Part shown: piece by piece, positions 34,513 to 42,008 of the stretch
Layout of the letters: every line of letters starts with the position of its first letter
Position numbering within the stretch: position 1 is the stretch's first letter
Source of the DNA: a virus
Taxonomy: Duplodnaviria > Caudoviricetes
Direction: 5' to 3' (one strand)
DNA: 45,401 bases
IMG/VR virus record: IMGVR_UViG_3300010366_000019
Span: 1-45,401 of that record
The notes under the pieces: model-generated
Told to the model about the DNA's origin: nothing
Database searches by the model: none
Seen by the model: the letters and a program-made list of their open reading frames with translations, nothing else
Position numbers and translations under genes: made by a program

Positions 34513-35672
34513 GCGGTTCCTTCCAACTCGGTGATCCGGTAGCGGAGAGTCGCCACCTCCTCGGTCAGGCGTTGCACGTGATCGAGCAGGGCGACGGTGA
34601 TCTGCGCGTAGTCGATGCCCATGGCGTTGCCGTCCTCGTCGTGGGAGACGGCCGATGGCAGGACGGTCTCCACCTCCTCGGCGATCAGGCCGAGGCGCTC
34701 ACGCTGGCCCTCGTGGCCGAGGATGCCGACCTGGTCGTCGAACTCCCACGAGGAGCGATCGTTGGCGTCGACCGGCCCGTCGCCCGTGGGCACGATGCGC
34801 AGCGCCCCGACCTTCGGGCGGAACGCCACGGTGCGCAGGCTCATCACGTCGGGCACCGACACCTCGTCAGACATGGCGTCGTGCTCGACAGGTACGAAGT
34901 CCCGTTCCCGCAGTGAGCGAATGCCGCGCTTCGCCGTCGCCGTCGAGTTCACCGTGAACGCCGACGCCCACAGCGGGGCGTAGGCCGAGTTGGCGCTGTT
35001 GACGCACCCGATGTTCTCGCCCAGCGATGCCGCCGTGCGGAGGATCGGGGCGACACCCGGTGACTGGAAGGCGACCTTGGCCTGCTGGCCGCTGGTCCCC
35101 GGAGCGATGCAGATGTTGGCGGTCGACCAGTCGACCCCTGGCGTGTCGCCCGACAGGGACACCCGCCGAGCGCACTGAAAGGCGTTGTTGTCGAGGACGA
35201 CGTAGTTGACGTTCCCGATCCGGAGGCAAACGGTGCTCCCGGCGTTCAGCGCCGAGGTGGTGGTGTTGGCGTTGATGATGACGTTCGCCGCGGCGTCGCT
35301 GCCGTTGAGCCAGATGCCCGGCGTGTTCGACAGGTTCGGGTGTTGCCCGAACTTCCACACCTGGGTGTAGAGCAGGTTGTTCTGGATGCCGCCGACCTGG
35401 GTCGGGGTGCCGCCGACCACCTCCCACCACCCGAACGGCACGCCCGTCGGCGCGATGGTGAAGACCGACCCGTCGGCCGCAGAGAAGAACCCGAGAGCCT
35501 TGGTGGACTCGGCCGTGTTCCCGAAGCGGGCCTGGGTCGGGAGGCTGGCGCGTGGCCCGCACTCGGCCGGTGAGGCCACGACCCGAGCATCGACGTACTG
35601 CTTGGTCGCCGCCTGCAACGCCGCGGTCGGATCGGCGGGCAGTTGGATCGGGACGAGGAACGAGCGGGTCAT
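34509..35672 (-). CDS. Tail fibre with C-terminal intramolecular chaperone (Peptidase S74-like)
   Basis: AATKQYVD; S..KR.I; GLIAEEVE.VLP.AV..GIDY..I...L...VQ.L coiled coil. Confidence 0.8.
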   Translation of the reverse strand: MTRSFLVPIQLPADPTAALQAATKQYVDARVVASPAECGPRASLPTQARFGNTAESTKALGFFSAADGSVFTIAPTGVPFGWWEVVGGTPTQVGGIQNNLLYTQVWKFGQHPNLSNTPGIWLNGSDAAANVIINANTTTSALNAGSTVCLRIGNVNYVVLDNNAFQCARRVSLSGDTPGVDWSTANICIAPGTSGQQAKVAFQSPGVAPILRTAASLGENIGCVNSANSAYAPLWASAFTVNSTATAKRGIRSLRERDFVPVEHDAMSDEVSVPDVMSLRTVAFRPKVGALRIVPTGDGPVDANDRSSWEFDDQVGILGHEGQRERLGLIAEEVETVLPSAVSHDEDGNAMGIDYAQITVALLDHVQRLTEEVATLRYRITELEGTA

Positions 35673-36811
35673 CCGAACACCACGATGCGGTAGTCACCAG
35701 CGGCCGGGGCTGTGTTGAAGCGGACGGTGACGTTGTTGGCGTCGGTGCGTTCGATGTCGCAGTCGACGTCATCCCAAGGTGTCGTCGAGCGGTACACCGA
35801 CACCTCTACGTCGCGGGTGTTGAAGGCGTGGTTGGCCACCGTCGAGGTCGCCGCCGCACAGTTCACGGCGTAGCGCTTCATCCCGTTGGCGAGCAGGGCG
35901 TAGCGGGCGTCGCCCCACGTCGTGTTGACCCGGATGTCGTCAGCGGCGACGGTGATCGAGGTGTCACCGGCGATGACGTTGAGGGTGTTGCCGGACTGGG
36001 TCATGCCCGCACCAGCGACCACCGAGCCGGGGCCACTGGTCTGCGCCCAGATGATGTTGTTGGTACCGAGCGTGAACCCGGCGATCTGGTCGGGCGAGGT
36101 GACCGACCACACCGTGTCCTGGTTGGTCGTACCGCCGGTCACGTAGGTCGTGGCGCCGGGGATTTCGCCCTCGGTGTCCATGTCCGGGGAGCGGGTCCAG
36201 GCGCCCGAGTTGACGATGTAGATGCCGTTGGCCGACTGCGTCGTCTGGTTCTTGGCCAGCACGCTCTGACCGACGATGACGGCCACACCGTCGATGGTCT
36301 GGGTGCCTGACAGCGTGAGGTTGCCGGTCGAGGCCACGATGCACGACGTCTTCCAGGCCAGGCCGTTGACCCGGTTGTCGACGTAGCCCTTGTTCACCGC
36401 ATCGGTGGTTGCCGAGGCGCTGCCGACGTTCGTGATCTTGAAGCCGCCCATCGAGACGTCGGCGGTCGGCACGGCGAACGTGTTGAGCGGGATCGTGGTG
36501 TGGTCCGAGGCCGAGTGCGTGGGCGAGCCGTGGGTGTGGTCGGACCGGGCGACGGTGGTGGCCGCGCCGTCGCTCTTGGCGATGCCGAACGTGGTCTCGG
36601 CGGGGACCGAGCCGTAGCCCGGGAAGGCGCCACCGGTGGCCTTGGCTGGGATCCACGTCGTGCCGTCCCACCAGTAGAGGGTGTTGTCGCTGGAGTTGCC
36701 GTACAGCTGGAACTTCACCGGCGATGCCGGCGCGCTGGCCAGGCTCTGGACGGCAGCGTTCTGGAGCTCGTTCTTCGTGAGGTCGACGGCGGTTAGGAAC
36801 TTGCGGGCCAT
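35669..36811 (-). CDS. Fibre/decoration virion protein
   Basis: DAVNKGYVD, LSG.QTIDGV..VL.KNQT..NGIY....WTR..D. Confidence 0.7.
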   Translation of the reverse strand: MARKFLTAVDLTKNELQNAAVQSLASAPASPVKFQLYGNSSDNTLYWWDGTTWIPAKATGGAFPGYGSVPAETTFGIAKSDGAATTVARSDHTHGSPTHSASDHTTIPLNTFAVPTADVSMGGFKITNVGSASATTDAVNKGYVDNRVNGLAWKTSCIVASTGNLTLSGTQTIDGVAVIVGQSVLAKNQTTQSANGIYIVNSGAWTRSPDMDTEGEIPGATTYVTGGTTNQDTVWSVTSPDQIAGFTLGTNNIIWAQTSGPGSVVAGAGMTQSGNTLNVIAGDTSITVAADDIRVNTTWGDARYALLANGMKRYAVNCAAATSTVANHAFNTRDVEVSVYRSTTPWDDVDCDIERTDANNVTVRFNTAPAAGDYRIVVFG

Positions 36812-36818
36812 GGCTCCC

Positions 36819-37151
36819 TCACGACAAGTAGGCGACGCCCGCGAAGGCGGCGGAGAAGGTGAGGATCACGGTGTTGTCGTCGGGCCAGGAGATCTCGCCC
36901 TCGACGGTGGCGCCGCCCGAATCCTCGACCGTGACGTTGGGCTTGAAGCCCATGAAGTGGTTGATCGTCCACGTCGTGGCCGGTGTGGCCTGGTTGTAGA
37001 CGAAACTGCCACCAGCCCCGGGCCCCGGTCCGCCACCGCCTGCTGCCATCCACGCCTCCAGCACCGCCACCCGTCGCTGCAGATCGAAGTCCGCCCGCCT
37101 CGACGACGGGGCCTTCGTGTCGGGCTGGTAGCCGCCGAGGACCTTAGCCAT
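36819..37151 (-). CDS. Small virion protein
   Basis: QATPATTWTINH..G..PNVTV.DS.G..G.I....V.LTF...G.AYL. Confidence 0.6.
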   Translation of the reverse strand: MAKVLGGYQPDTKAPSSRRADFDLQRRVAVLEAWMAAGGGGPGPGAGGSFVYNQATPATTWTINHFMGFKPNVTVEDSGGATVEGEISWPDDNTVILTFSAAFAGVAYLS

Positions 37152-37593
37152 CGCCCCGCTCCGCCAACTCGGCCTCGGCCCGCTCAGCCAGGATGCTCAG
37201 CAGTTCGTCGTCGCTGAGGTCCTTGGCCTGGCCCTTGACCACGGTGACGTCGAGACGCTTGGGCTTGATGGCGTCGATCGCCTCCAGGTAGGCCCGAGCA
37301 GCCGGGACCTGGCGTGGATCGGTGCGGTCGGTAGCCGTCTCGAACAGGCTGTCGAGCACGGACTTGGCCCGCTCCGGGGAGCCGACCGTCTTGCGGTAGC
37401 GACGCTCCCACTCGGCCAGGAAGTCCGGGTCATTCTTCCACTGCGAGATCGTGTTGCGGTGCATGTCGAGCTCGTCGGCGAGCTCGGCCTGCGACGACGG
37501 GTTGCGCTCGTTCTGGGGCGTCAGCAACCACTCCAGCACCCGCTGGGTTCGGAAGTCGTTGAGGCCCGGGCGAGTCCCTGCCATCTTCGCCAT
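37144..37593 (-). CDS. terS: Terminase small subunit (HTH type)
   Basis: SQAELADELDMHRNTISQWKNDPDF HTH; LSDDEL C-terminus; first gene of the late operon. Confidence 0.7.
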   Translation of the reverse strand: MAKMAGTRPGLNDFRTQRVLEWLLTPQNERNPSSQAELADELDMHRNTISQWKNDPDFLAEWERRYRKTVGSPERAKSVLDSLFETATDRTDPRQVPAARAYLEAIDAIKPKRLDVTVVKGQAKDLSDDELLSILAERAEAELAERGDG

Positions 37594-37601
37594 CGGGGGA
37601 C

Positions 37602-37607
37602 ATTATG
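37602..37607 (-). promoter_or_regulatory. Putative -10 (CATAAT) of a leaderless late-operon promoter
   Basis: 8 nt upstream of the terS ATG; no SD visible. Confidence 0.5.
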
Positions 37608-37611
37608 AACT

Positions 37612-37658
37612 ACCCCGCTCACTATTTCGAGCGCTGCACGTGCAGCGATGAGCGGGGT
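37612..37658. repeat. 16-bp palindrome (37632-37647) nested in an outer 10-bp inverted repeat, in the divergent promoter region
   Basis: accccgctca ... CGCTGCACGTGCAGCG ... tgagcggggt. Confidence 0.9.
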
Positions 37659-37689
37659 GTATAACACAGATATAACTGGGGTACTCCCC

Positions 37690-37717
37690 TTGACACCCCA
37701 GATGTGGGGTGTACGAT
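37690..37717 (+). promoter_or_regulatory. Sigma70/SigA-type promoter with an operator-like inverted repeat in the spacer
   Basis: TTGACA-16 bp-TACGAT, ATG follows after 6 nt; ACACCCCA-gatg-TGGGGTGT at 37693-37712. Confidence 0.75.
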
Positions 37718-37723
37718 GTGGGC

Positions 37724-37915
37724 ATGACGAGGAACAAGGCACCCACCGCCATGCGGAACGACCCCCGATGGGTCACGGTGCAGCTGCAGATCCGTGTCCC
37801 GTGGTGGAGGCGAGAGCAGCTGCAAGACGAAGCAACCACGCTCGGGGTCAAGCTCCCCGATCTGTTGGCCGACGCCATCGACCGGGTCTATCCGCCCCTC
37901 CCGATCGACGACTGA
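37724..37915 (+). CDS. Ribbon-helix-helix regulator, likely leaderless
   Basis: VQLQIRVP strand, RREQLQDEATTLG helix, LPDLLADAIDRVY helix. Confidence 0.7.
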   Translation: MTRNKAPTAMRNDPRWVTVQLQIRVPWWRREQLQDEATTLGVKLPDLLADAIDRVYPPLPIDD

Positions 37916-38376
37916 TGCAGGTGATCGGGATCGATCCCGGCACGACCGGTGCGCTGGCCGTGCACGACAAGGGCGAGCTCGTCTACATCGGTGACCTGCC
38001 GACCCACGGCGGCCGCATCGACGGCAACGCCCTGGCCGACATCATCACCGAGTACTCCGGTCCGGTGTACTTGGAGGACACGCACGCCATGCCGAAGAAC
38101 GGCTCCATCGCCAGCTACAGCCTCGGCCTCTCCTCGGGGATCGTGATCGGCGTCGTGCAGACGCTGGAACGCCCCCTGGTGCGGGTGCGACCGATGGCCT
38201 GGAAGACGAAGATGGGCGTGACGAAGCGCACCAAGGACGAGATCCGCGGCATCGTCCGCGAGCTCTACCCGAAGTGGGCCACGACGTTCGCCCGGGTGAA
38301 AGACCACAACCGAGCCGAGGCCGTGCTGATCAGTCGGTACGGCGTGGCGATGCAGCTGCAGGAGGTCAACCAGTGA
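37915..38376 (+). CDS. RuvC-like Holliday junction resolvase
   Basis: MQVIGIDPG, LED, P..WK, KD, H.RAEA. Confidence 0.8.
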   Translation: MQVIGIDPGTTGALAVHDKGELVYIGDLPTHGGRIDGNALADIITEYSGPVYLEDTHAMPKNGSIASYSLGLSSGIVIGVVQTLERPLVRVRPMAWKTKMGVTKRTKDEIRGIVRELYPKWATTFARVKDHNRAEAVLISRYGVAMQLQEVNQ

Positions 38377-38552
38377 CCGCACTCACCGCCACGCCGTGGC
38401 TGGCCGTGCTCAACCGGATCATCCGCTACAGCGACGACGACACGACGAGGACGTTGGCCAAGATGCTCTACGACATCTTCAACGAGACGTCTGACCCCCG
38501 CATCGGGGAGATCGCCGACGCCTACGCCTACCAGCTGCTGGGGTCGTTGTGA
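38373..38552 (+). CDS. Small hypothetical protein
   Basis: ggagg RBS; GTGA overlaps. Confidence 0.55.
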   Translation: MTALTATPWLAVLNRIIRYSDDDTTRTLAKMLYDIFNETSDPRIGEIADAYAYQLLGSL

Positions 38553-39760
38553 GCTCAATCGACATCACCGAGCTCCACGACGAGCACGAAGCCAAGCGTG
38601 ACTTCCGCCGGGCCAACGGTGCGCCGCTGGTCTCAGACCCCACCGATCCGACCAAGACGCTGCGCTACTCCCGACCGTCGAGCTACGCCAAGTGCCTCGA
38701 CGACGAGATGGCCCTCACCGACTGGCGGATCTGGAAGGCGATGGAGGGCGTGGCCCGTTCGCCGGCGCTGCAGACCCAGGTGATCGCCACCCGTGACGAC
38801 GACCGGGTCGAGAAGAAGGACCTGCGGGAGAAGGCCCTCGACAAGGGCACGGCCAACGAGCGAGCCGACCAGGGCACCGGACTGCACGCCATGACGGTGC
38901 GCATCGAGGACCCGACCGACGTCGACTTCGATCCCGGCGAGCCCTTCGCCACGGACCTGGCCGCCTACACCACCATGCTCGACGCCTACGGCTTGGTGTC
39001 GGAATTGATCGAGGTGCCTTTCGTCAACGACCGCTTCCGCTCCGCCGGGACGGCCGACCGGGTGTACCGGGTGACGAAGATGTTGGAGGCCCCGAACGGC
39101 ACGCTGATCGAGCCGGGCACGCTGGTAGTCGGTGACCTGAAGACCGGGGCCAAGTTGGACTTCAGCCTCCCCGGGTTCTGCGTGCAGACCGCCCTCTACG
39201 CCACCGGGCAGCTGTACGACGTGGTCGACGAGCGCCGCCTGCCGACGCCGCCGATCGACCAGCGCTGGGCCCTGATCGCCCACCTGCCCGTCGGGATGGG
39301 GCGCTGCGACCTGCTGTGGTCGCCGATCGACATCGGTCTGATCGGAGCCCAGCTGGCCCAGGCCACGAAGGAGTGGCGCAAGCTGTGGAAGAACGGCACC
39401 TACGACGCCACCCCGGTGGAGGTGCCCAAGGAAGCCAGCGAGCTCCTGGCCGAGATCACCGTGGAGGCCGGTCCCGTGATCGCCCTCGACGTGATGGCGA
39501 AGTACTGCCAGGCTCGTATCAACTCGATCGGGGGCTACCCCGATGCCAAGGCGAAGTTGATCCTCCTGTGGCCGGAGGGTCTGCCGACCCCGAAGAAGGG
39601 AGTCGAAACGCCCGAGCAGATGGTCACGCTGCTCAACCTGCTGGACAAGGTGGAAGCCGAGTTCAGCATCCCGTTCAGTGTCAGTGATCCTCGGTACGAA
39701 GGAATGAAAGGCCATCGGAACGAGATCGATCGAAGCAATGAGTTCATGCTCACGAGCTAA
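38549..39760 (+). CDS. PD-(D/E)XK exonuclease (RecB/Cas4-like)
   Basis: GT.LH, E, GTADRV, VGDLKTG, Q.A.YA. Confidence 0.85.
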   Translation: MSSIDITELHDEHEAKRDFRRANGAPLVSDPTDPTKTLRYSRPSSYAKCLDDEMALTDWRIWKAMEGVARSPALQTQVIATRDDDRVEKKDLREKALDKGTANERADQGTGLHAMTVRIEDPTDVDFDPGEPFATDLAAYTTMLDAYGLVSELIEVPFVNDRFRSAGTADRVYRVTKMLEAPNGTLIEPGTLVVGDLKTGAKLDFSLPGFCVQTALYATGQLYDVVDERRLPTPPIDQRWALIAHLPVGMGRCDLLWSPIDIGLIGAQLAQATKEWRKLWKNGTYDATPVEVPKEASELLAEITVEAGPVIALDVMAKYCQARINSIGGYPDAKAKLILLWPEGLPTPKKGVETPEQMVTLLNLLDKVEAEFSIPFSVSDPRYEGMKGHRNEIDRSNEFMLTS

Positions 39761-39775
39761 GGAACAAATGATCAA

Positions 39776-40246
39776 ATGAGCGATGCGAATGACTTCTTGT
39801 TCGGAGGAGGCGGCAAGGCTGCCTCGTTCGACAACATCGGCGACACCGTCGAGGGGACGATCACCGACGTCAAGCTGACGCAGCAGACGTCGATGGAGGA
39901 CAACACCCCGCTCACGTGGGCGGACGGCTCGCCCCGGATGCAGCTGGTGCTCACGCTGCAGACCGATCAGCGCAGCGGCGAGGATGACGACGGCACCCGT
40001 CGTCTGTACGCCAAGGGCGGCCGCTACGAGGCGGCGGAGGGGACGGGCACCTCGATGAAGGACGCCATCGCCGACGCCATCAAGAAGGCCGGGGCCTCCC
40101 GGATCGAGGAGGGCGGCCACCTCAAGGTCGGGCACACCGGCCTGGGGAAGAAGACGAACCGGGGGTACTCGGCGCCGAAGCTGTACCGGGCGGTCTACAC
40201 CGCTCCCACGGCCTCGGTGTCGGCGGACGACCTGTTCGAGGGATGA
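39776..40246 (+). CDS. Single-stranded DNA-binding protein (phage type)
   Basis: G.TVEG.I, W.DG.P.MQ.V.TLQT, acidic-aromatic C-terminus DDLFEG. Confidence 0.7.
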   Translation: MSDANDFLFGGGGKAASFDNIGDTVEGTITDVKLTQQTSMEDNTPLTWADGSPRMQLVLTLQTDQRSGEDDDGTRRLYAKGGRYEAAEGTGTSMKDAIADAIKKAGASRIEEGGHLKVGHTGLGKKTNRGYSAPKLYRAVYTAPTASVSADDLFEG

Positions 40247-40542
40247 CCAACGAGCCGACCCCCGGTCCGTGGCGACCGGGGGTCAGCCCGACCATGCAGG
40301 TGGCACTGATGGTGGAACGTGGATTCGCAGTACCCATCCAGGCGAAGCCCAAAGCGGGCTACATCGTCTTCGAGTTCCTGGGGGGCACGTACGACGGGGT
40401 GAAGATGCGGCTGTACCCGCCGTTCCAACGCCGTCTGTGCCTCGGGAACGAGTGGTACGCCTGGGGCGCTCCCAAGAACCGCCGCTCGAAGCGCTTCACC
40501 TACCGCTTGGAGGTCGACGATGGTGCAGATCCGGCGGCTTGA
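40243..40542 (+). CDS. Hypothetical protein
   Basis: ATGA overlap; F.GG.YDG motif. Confidence 0.55.
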   Translation: MTNEPTPGPWRPGVSPTMQVALMVERGFAVPIQAKPKAGYIVFEFLGGTYDGVKMRLYPPFQRRLCLGNEWYAWGAPKNRRSKRFTYRLEVDDGADPAA

Positions 40543-41248
40543 ACCGGTCGTGAAGATCGGCGTCCTGCGTCAGCCGACGACCAAGCGGGGCAACAACAGC
40601 AACTACGACAAGCAGGGCTACCGCCGAGGCGGCGGGCAGTTCAAGGTCGTGGTCCGCCGGCGGGTCGACTACCCGCCGCCGACGCCCCAGCCCACGCCGT
40701 GCGTGCTGTGGCAGGGGGCCCAGGGCTCGGACGGCTACGGGTGGCGCAAGATCGGGCCGCCCGAGAACCGCAAGAGCATGGCCATGCACCGCTGGGCCAT
40801 GGAGCAGCACCTGGGACGCAAGCTGCGCAAGGACGAGGTGGTGCTCCACGCCTGCGACAACCGGCTGTGCTACCGGGTCGACCACCTCTCGGTGGGCACG
40901 ATCGCCGACAACAACGCCGACATGAAGGCCAAGGGGCGGGCCGTGAAGCCGCCGCTGAACGTGTTCTTCGGCGAGGCCCACCCGATGGCGAAGCTGACCG
41001 AAAAACAAGTCAGAGACATCAAAGGCCATTATCAAAGCGGCCTGAGCATTAAATCAATTGCTGCTGATTACAGCATCCACCCCTCGACGGTGCGTCGCAT
41101 CGTGAAGGGCATGACGTGGGCCACCGGCCAGACCCGGGACCTCGTCGCCGAACACCACGCCCGGGAAGAAGCTCGGGCCGCTGCGGAGCGGCCGCCCGAG
41201 CCTACCGAGCCCGTCAAGTTCAAGATCAGGAGGCTCAAGTACCGATGA
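40520..41248 (+). CDS. HNH endonuclease with C-terminal HTH
   Basis: C.LW.G..GYG..HR..LHACDNRLC..DHL.VGT.ADN..DM; KLT..QV HTH. Confidence 0.85.
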   Translation: MVQIRRLEPVVKIGVLRQPTTKRGNNSNYDKQGYRRGGGQFKVVVRRRVDYPPPTPQPTPCVLWQGAQGSDGYGWRKIGPPENRKSMAMHRWAMEQHLGRKLRKDEVVLHACDNRLCYRVDHLSVGTIADNNADMKAKGRAVKPPLNVFFGEAHPMAKLTEKQVRDIKGHYQSGLSIKSIAADYSIHPSTVRRIVKGMTWATGQTRDLVAEHHAREEARAAAERPPEPTEPVKFKIRRLKYR

Positions 41249-41703
41249 CCTACGGCGACCCCTACATCCACAACCACACGCACAGCCTCAACACCGGCGT
41301 AGTCGGCGGCTCGCTGAGCGGCTACCCGGTCTACAGCGACAGGCCGTGGACCGAGTTGCTGACCGAGCTCAACACCATCAAGCACAAGGAGAAGACCATG
41401 TCCACCGCCCAGAAGGTCGCAGCCGAGCGGGCCGAGGCCCGCGAGCGGGAGCGGATCGAGGTGGCCTACGCCGCCTACGACGCCCTCGAACTGGACACCT
41501 GGCCCCAGCCCTGCGTCGTGCTGTTCACCGTCGACTACGAGCGGGACCACGACTACACCTACGCCGCCCTGCACATCAACGACCGCTGGTACCTCACCGG
41601 CTCGGTGTGCCACGGGGTCAAGACCGAGGACTTCCTGGCCTGGCTGATCGAGCGTCGTGTCCCCGCCGAGGGCCTCGACCTGCTCGGGCAGGTGGAGACG
41701 TGA
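41245..41703 (+). CDS. Hypothetical protein
   Basis: aggagg RBS; YTYAAL...WY.TG. Confidence 0.65.
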   Translation: MTYGDPYIHNHTHSLNTGVVGGSLSGYPVYSDRPWTELLTELNTIKHKEKTMSTAQKVAAERAEARERERIEVAYAAYDALELDTWPQPCVVLFTVDYERDHDYTYAALHINDRWYLTGSVCHGVKTEDFLAWLIERRVPAEGLDLLGQVET

Positions 41704-41921
41704 CCGAGCAGCCGTCCCTCTTCGCCGCCGAGGATCCGACGCCTCGGCCGCCCGGTTGGCGCCTGATCGCCAACAGCGGCGGGTCCCAAGGCTGGCACCT
41801 CATCGACCGCACCACGCCCGATCGTGGGGTGGTTACCGTGTGCGGGATCGTCGGGAGGGTGATCCAGAGCGACGCTGTGGTCATCATCCCGTGCGTGGTC
41901 TGCAAGGCCGAACCGGAGTGA
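41700..41921 (+). CDS. Small Cys/His protein
   Basis: WH..TVCG..PCVVC. Confidence 0.55.
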   Translation: MTEQPSLFAAEDPTPRPPGWRLIANSGGSQGWHLIDRTTPDRGVVTVCGIVGRVIQSDAVVIIPCVVCKAEPE

Positions 41922-41926
41922 GCCGA

Positions 41927-41955
41927 AGGGCCCGGCGTTCGTAGCGCCGGGCCCT
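41927..41955. terminator. GC-rich hairpin without U-tract (attenuator/terminator)
   Basis: agggcccggcg ... cgccgggccct. Confidence 0.5.
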
Positions 41956-42008
41956 CGACCCACAACAACCATCAGCATCAACATCCCCAGCTACAAGGAG
42001 GCCGACTC

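Noticed and set aside
38549-39760. Cas4/CRISPR association of the nuclease
   Set aside because: Stand-alone PD-(D/E)XK nucleases are common in phage recombination modules; no Fe-S cysteine cluster or array is evident
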